This document shows, in pieces, positions 34,413 through 35,929 of a stretch of 35,929 bases of DNA (the first letter of the stretch is position 1; each line of letters opens with the position of its first letter). Source of the stretch: Guillardia theta CCMP2712 (taxonomy: Eukaryota > Protista > Cryptophyta). The DNA lies in contig NW_005434538.1 in assembly GCF_000315625.1 (NCBI RefSeq), positions 113,865-149,793 on the forward strand, given 5' to 3'. A program made the position numbers and the translations under genes. Under the pieces are notes generated by a model that saw nothing but the letters and a program-made list of their open reading frames with translations, was not told the DNA's origin and did not search any database.

Positions 34413-35820
34413 ATGGCAGCAGCATGTATGGAACGAGTGAGCTTCCTCGGAACTGGGTCAGGATCCGGGGAGGGAGGGAGGAGGGGGTTCTCCTCCCTGG
34501 TCCTCACTACCAAGAAGGGGTCCCTGGTCATGGTGGACTGCGGCGAGGGGACGCAACTGCAGATGAGGAGGACGTATTTTCAAGGTCCTCCAGGAACAAA
34601 GTGCATCCCAGCTCTGAAGATGAGCAGAGTTCGCGCCGTTCTGATCACACACCTCCATGGCGACCACTGCTTCGGCCTCTTCGGGCTGCTGACCACCATC
34701 AGTATGCAGAGGATGAGGAGGAGGCTCGTCCTGGTGGGGCCAACAGGGCTGGAGAAGCTGGTTACCTCTGTCCTCAGCGTCTCTGGGAACTCCGACGAGG
34801 AGCTCGCCCTGAGGTTCATAGAGCTGGACCCGACGGTCCCGCATGAGCTCGAGCTCGAGCTGGAGGGGGAGGAGGGGAAGGAGGGGCTCGCAGTGCACGC
34901 GACTCCTCTGCAACACAGCATGCCTGCTCTGGGGTACATCCTGCTGGAGAAGGAGCAGCCAAGAGAATTGGACGCGAGGAAGGCGATGGGGATGGGAGCC
35001 AAGGGGAAGGAGCTGGGGCTGCTCAGGGCTGGGCAGGACGTGACGGTCAACGACATGCTGATCCGAAGTGAGGACGTGCTCCTTCCTGCGCCGCGGAGGT
35101 AGAGCGCCGCCCACTGTCTGCTCCTGCTGTCTTCTCCTGATGTTCCTCGTCTCTCTATCCTTCTCCTCCTCCTCTTTCTCCTCCTGTATCTGCTTCTGTC
35201 CCTGTCCCTGCTCATTCCCTTCAAATACTCCCCGTCTCCATCCTACTCCCTCGTTTCCTTCCTCCCAACCTCTGGTTTCTCCCCCTTCTCCTCCCCGGCT
35301 TCCAACACCGCCGTCCCCTTCCCTTGACCTCGAGCATGGCAGGAGAATGATTGCCGTCCTTCAAGACACGTGCGGGTCCGAGGAGGCGCTAGAGTTCCTG
35401 CGGCAGAGGAGGAGAGACTTCGACTTTCCCGTCCTCATCCACGAGGCTACCCACGAGGCAGCCCTGCGCGAGCTGAGCCTGAGCTGGGGTCACTCGACCT
35501 CGGAGATGGCAGGAGAGTTTGCGGGGCGTTGTGGGGCGCAGCAGCTGGTCTTGACGCACTTCTCGCCCCGATACTCGTCCTGTCCCATGAGGGAGTTTCT
35601 GCGATCCGGCGGCGAGGAGGAGGAGGAGGAGGAGAAGAAGAAGCAAGGAGAGGAGGGGCAGGTGATAGATGAGAAGAGCACAAGGAAGCTTGCGGAGGAG
35701 GCGCTTGCAGCGGCGCTGCGGTGCAGGGAAGAAGGAGGGAGTTTCGGCGTGCTGTGCGCAGAGGATTTGATGAGCCTGAGCGGGAGAGACTTTTCGGAAG
35801 TTTTAATAGATGAGAGATGA
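34413..35820 (+). CDS. rnz: Ribonuclease Z, short form (ELAC1/rnz-like tRNA 3' endonuclease)
   Basis: Exons 34413-35098 and 35343-35820 (phase-2 intron). Motifs: FLGTGS, VDCGEGTQ, ITHLHGDHCFGL, flexible arm GAKGKELGLLRAGQDV, QDT, HEAT, GHST, LTHFSPRY. Confidence 0.93.
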
Positions 35821-35929
35821 GAAGAAGCAGAGAAGAAGAAGAGAGGAGAGGAAGGGGGGAGGATGGGGAGAGGAACGGGGGAGGAGGTCTATTTCTTTTT
35901 GCGATCCTCGTCCTTCTCTTGCGAGCTCT

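Overview
Eukaryotic, intron-rich nuclear DNA with short GT-AG introns, microsatellite-filled introns and four 100-N scaffold gaps. An alga with a complex red-derived plastid is indicated by the bipartite 'ASAF' targeting leader on the FBPase; the intron style suggests a cryptophyte (inference). Genes reconstructed by hand, in order: 3' part of a GH9 glycoside hydrolase (+); a possible small spliced gene (-); a low-complexity hypothetical gene (-); a ~1,300-aa multipass membrane protein with two RelA/SpoT-type nucleotidyltransferase-like domains (+); an MKP1-like dual-specificity phosphatase with gelsolin repeats (+); dynactin p27 (-); a decayed LRR pseudogene (-); an AmtB/Mep-type ammonium transporter (-); an inverted-duplicated orphan ORF pair; plastid fructose-1,6-bisphosphatase (-); short-form RNase Z (+). 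The most interesting object is the protein at 8374-12369. It is built as [~6 TM - coiled helix - RelA/SpoT-like synthetase] x2, has a putative glycosylated sensor loop, has no recognisable HD hydrolase, and has one degenerate catalytic copy. It is a candidate receptor-type alarmone/nucleotide second-messenger synthetase laid out like animal membrane adenylyl cyclases. All calls come from reading the sequence; no database searches were run.
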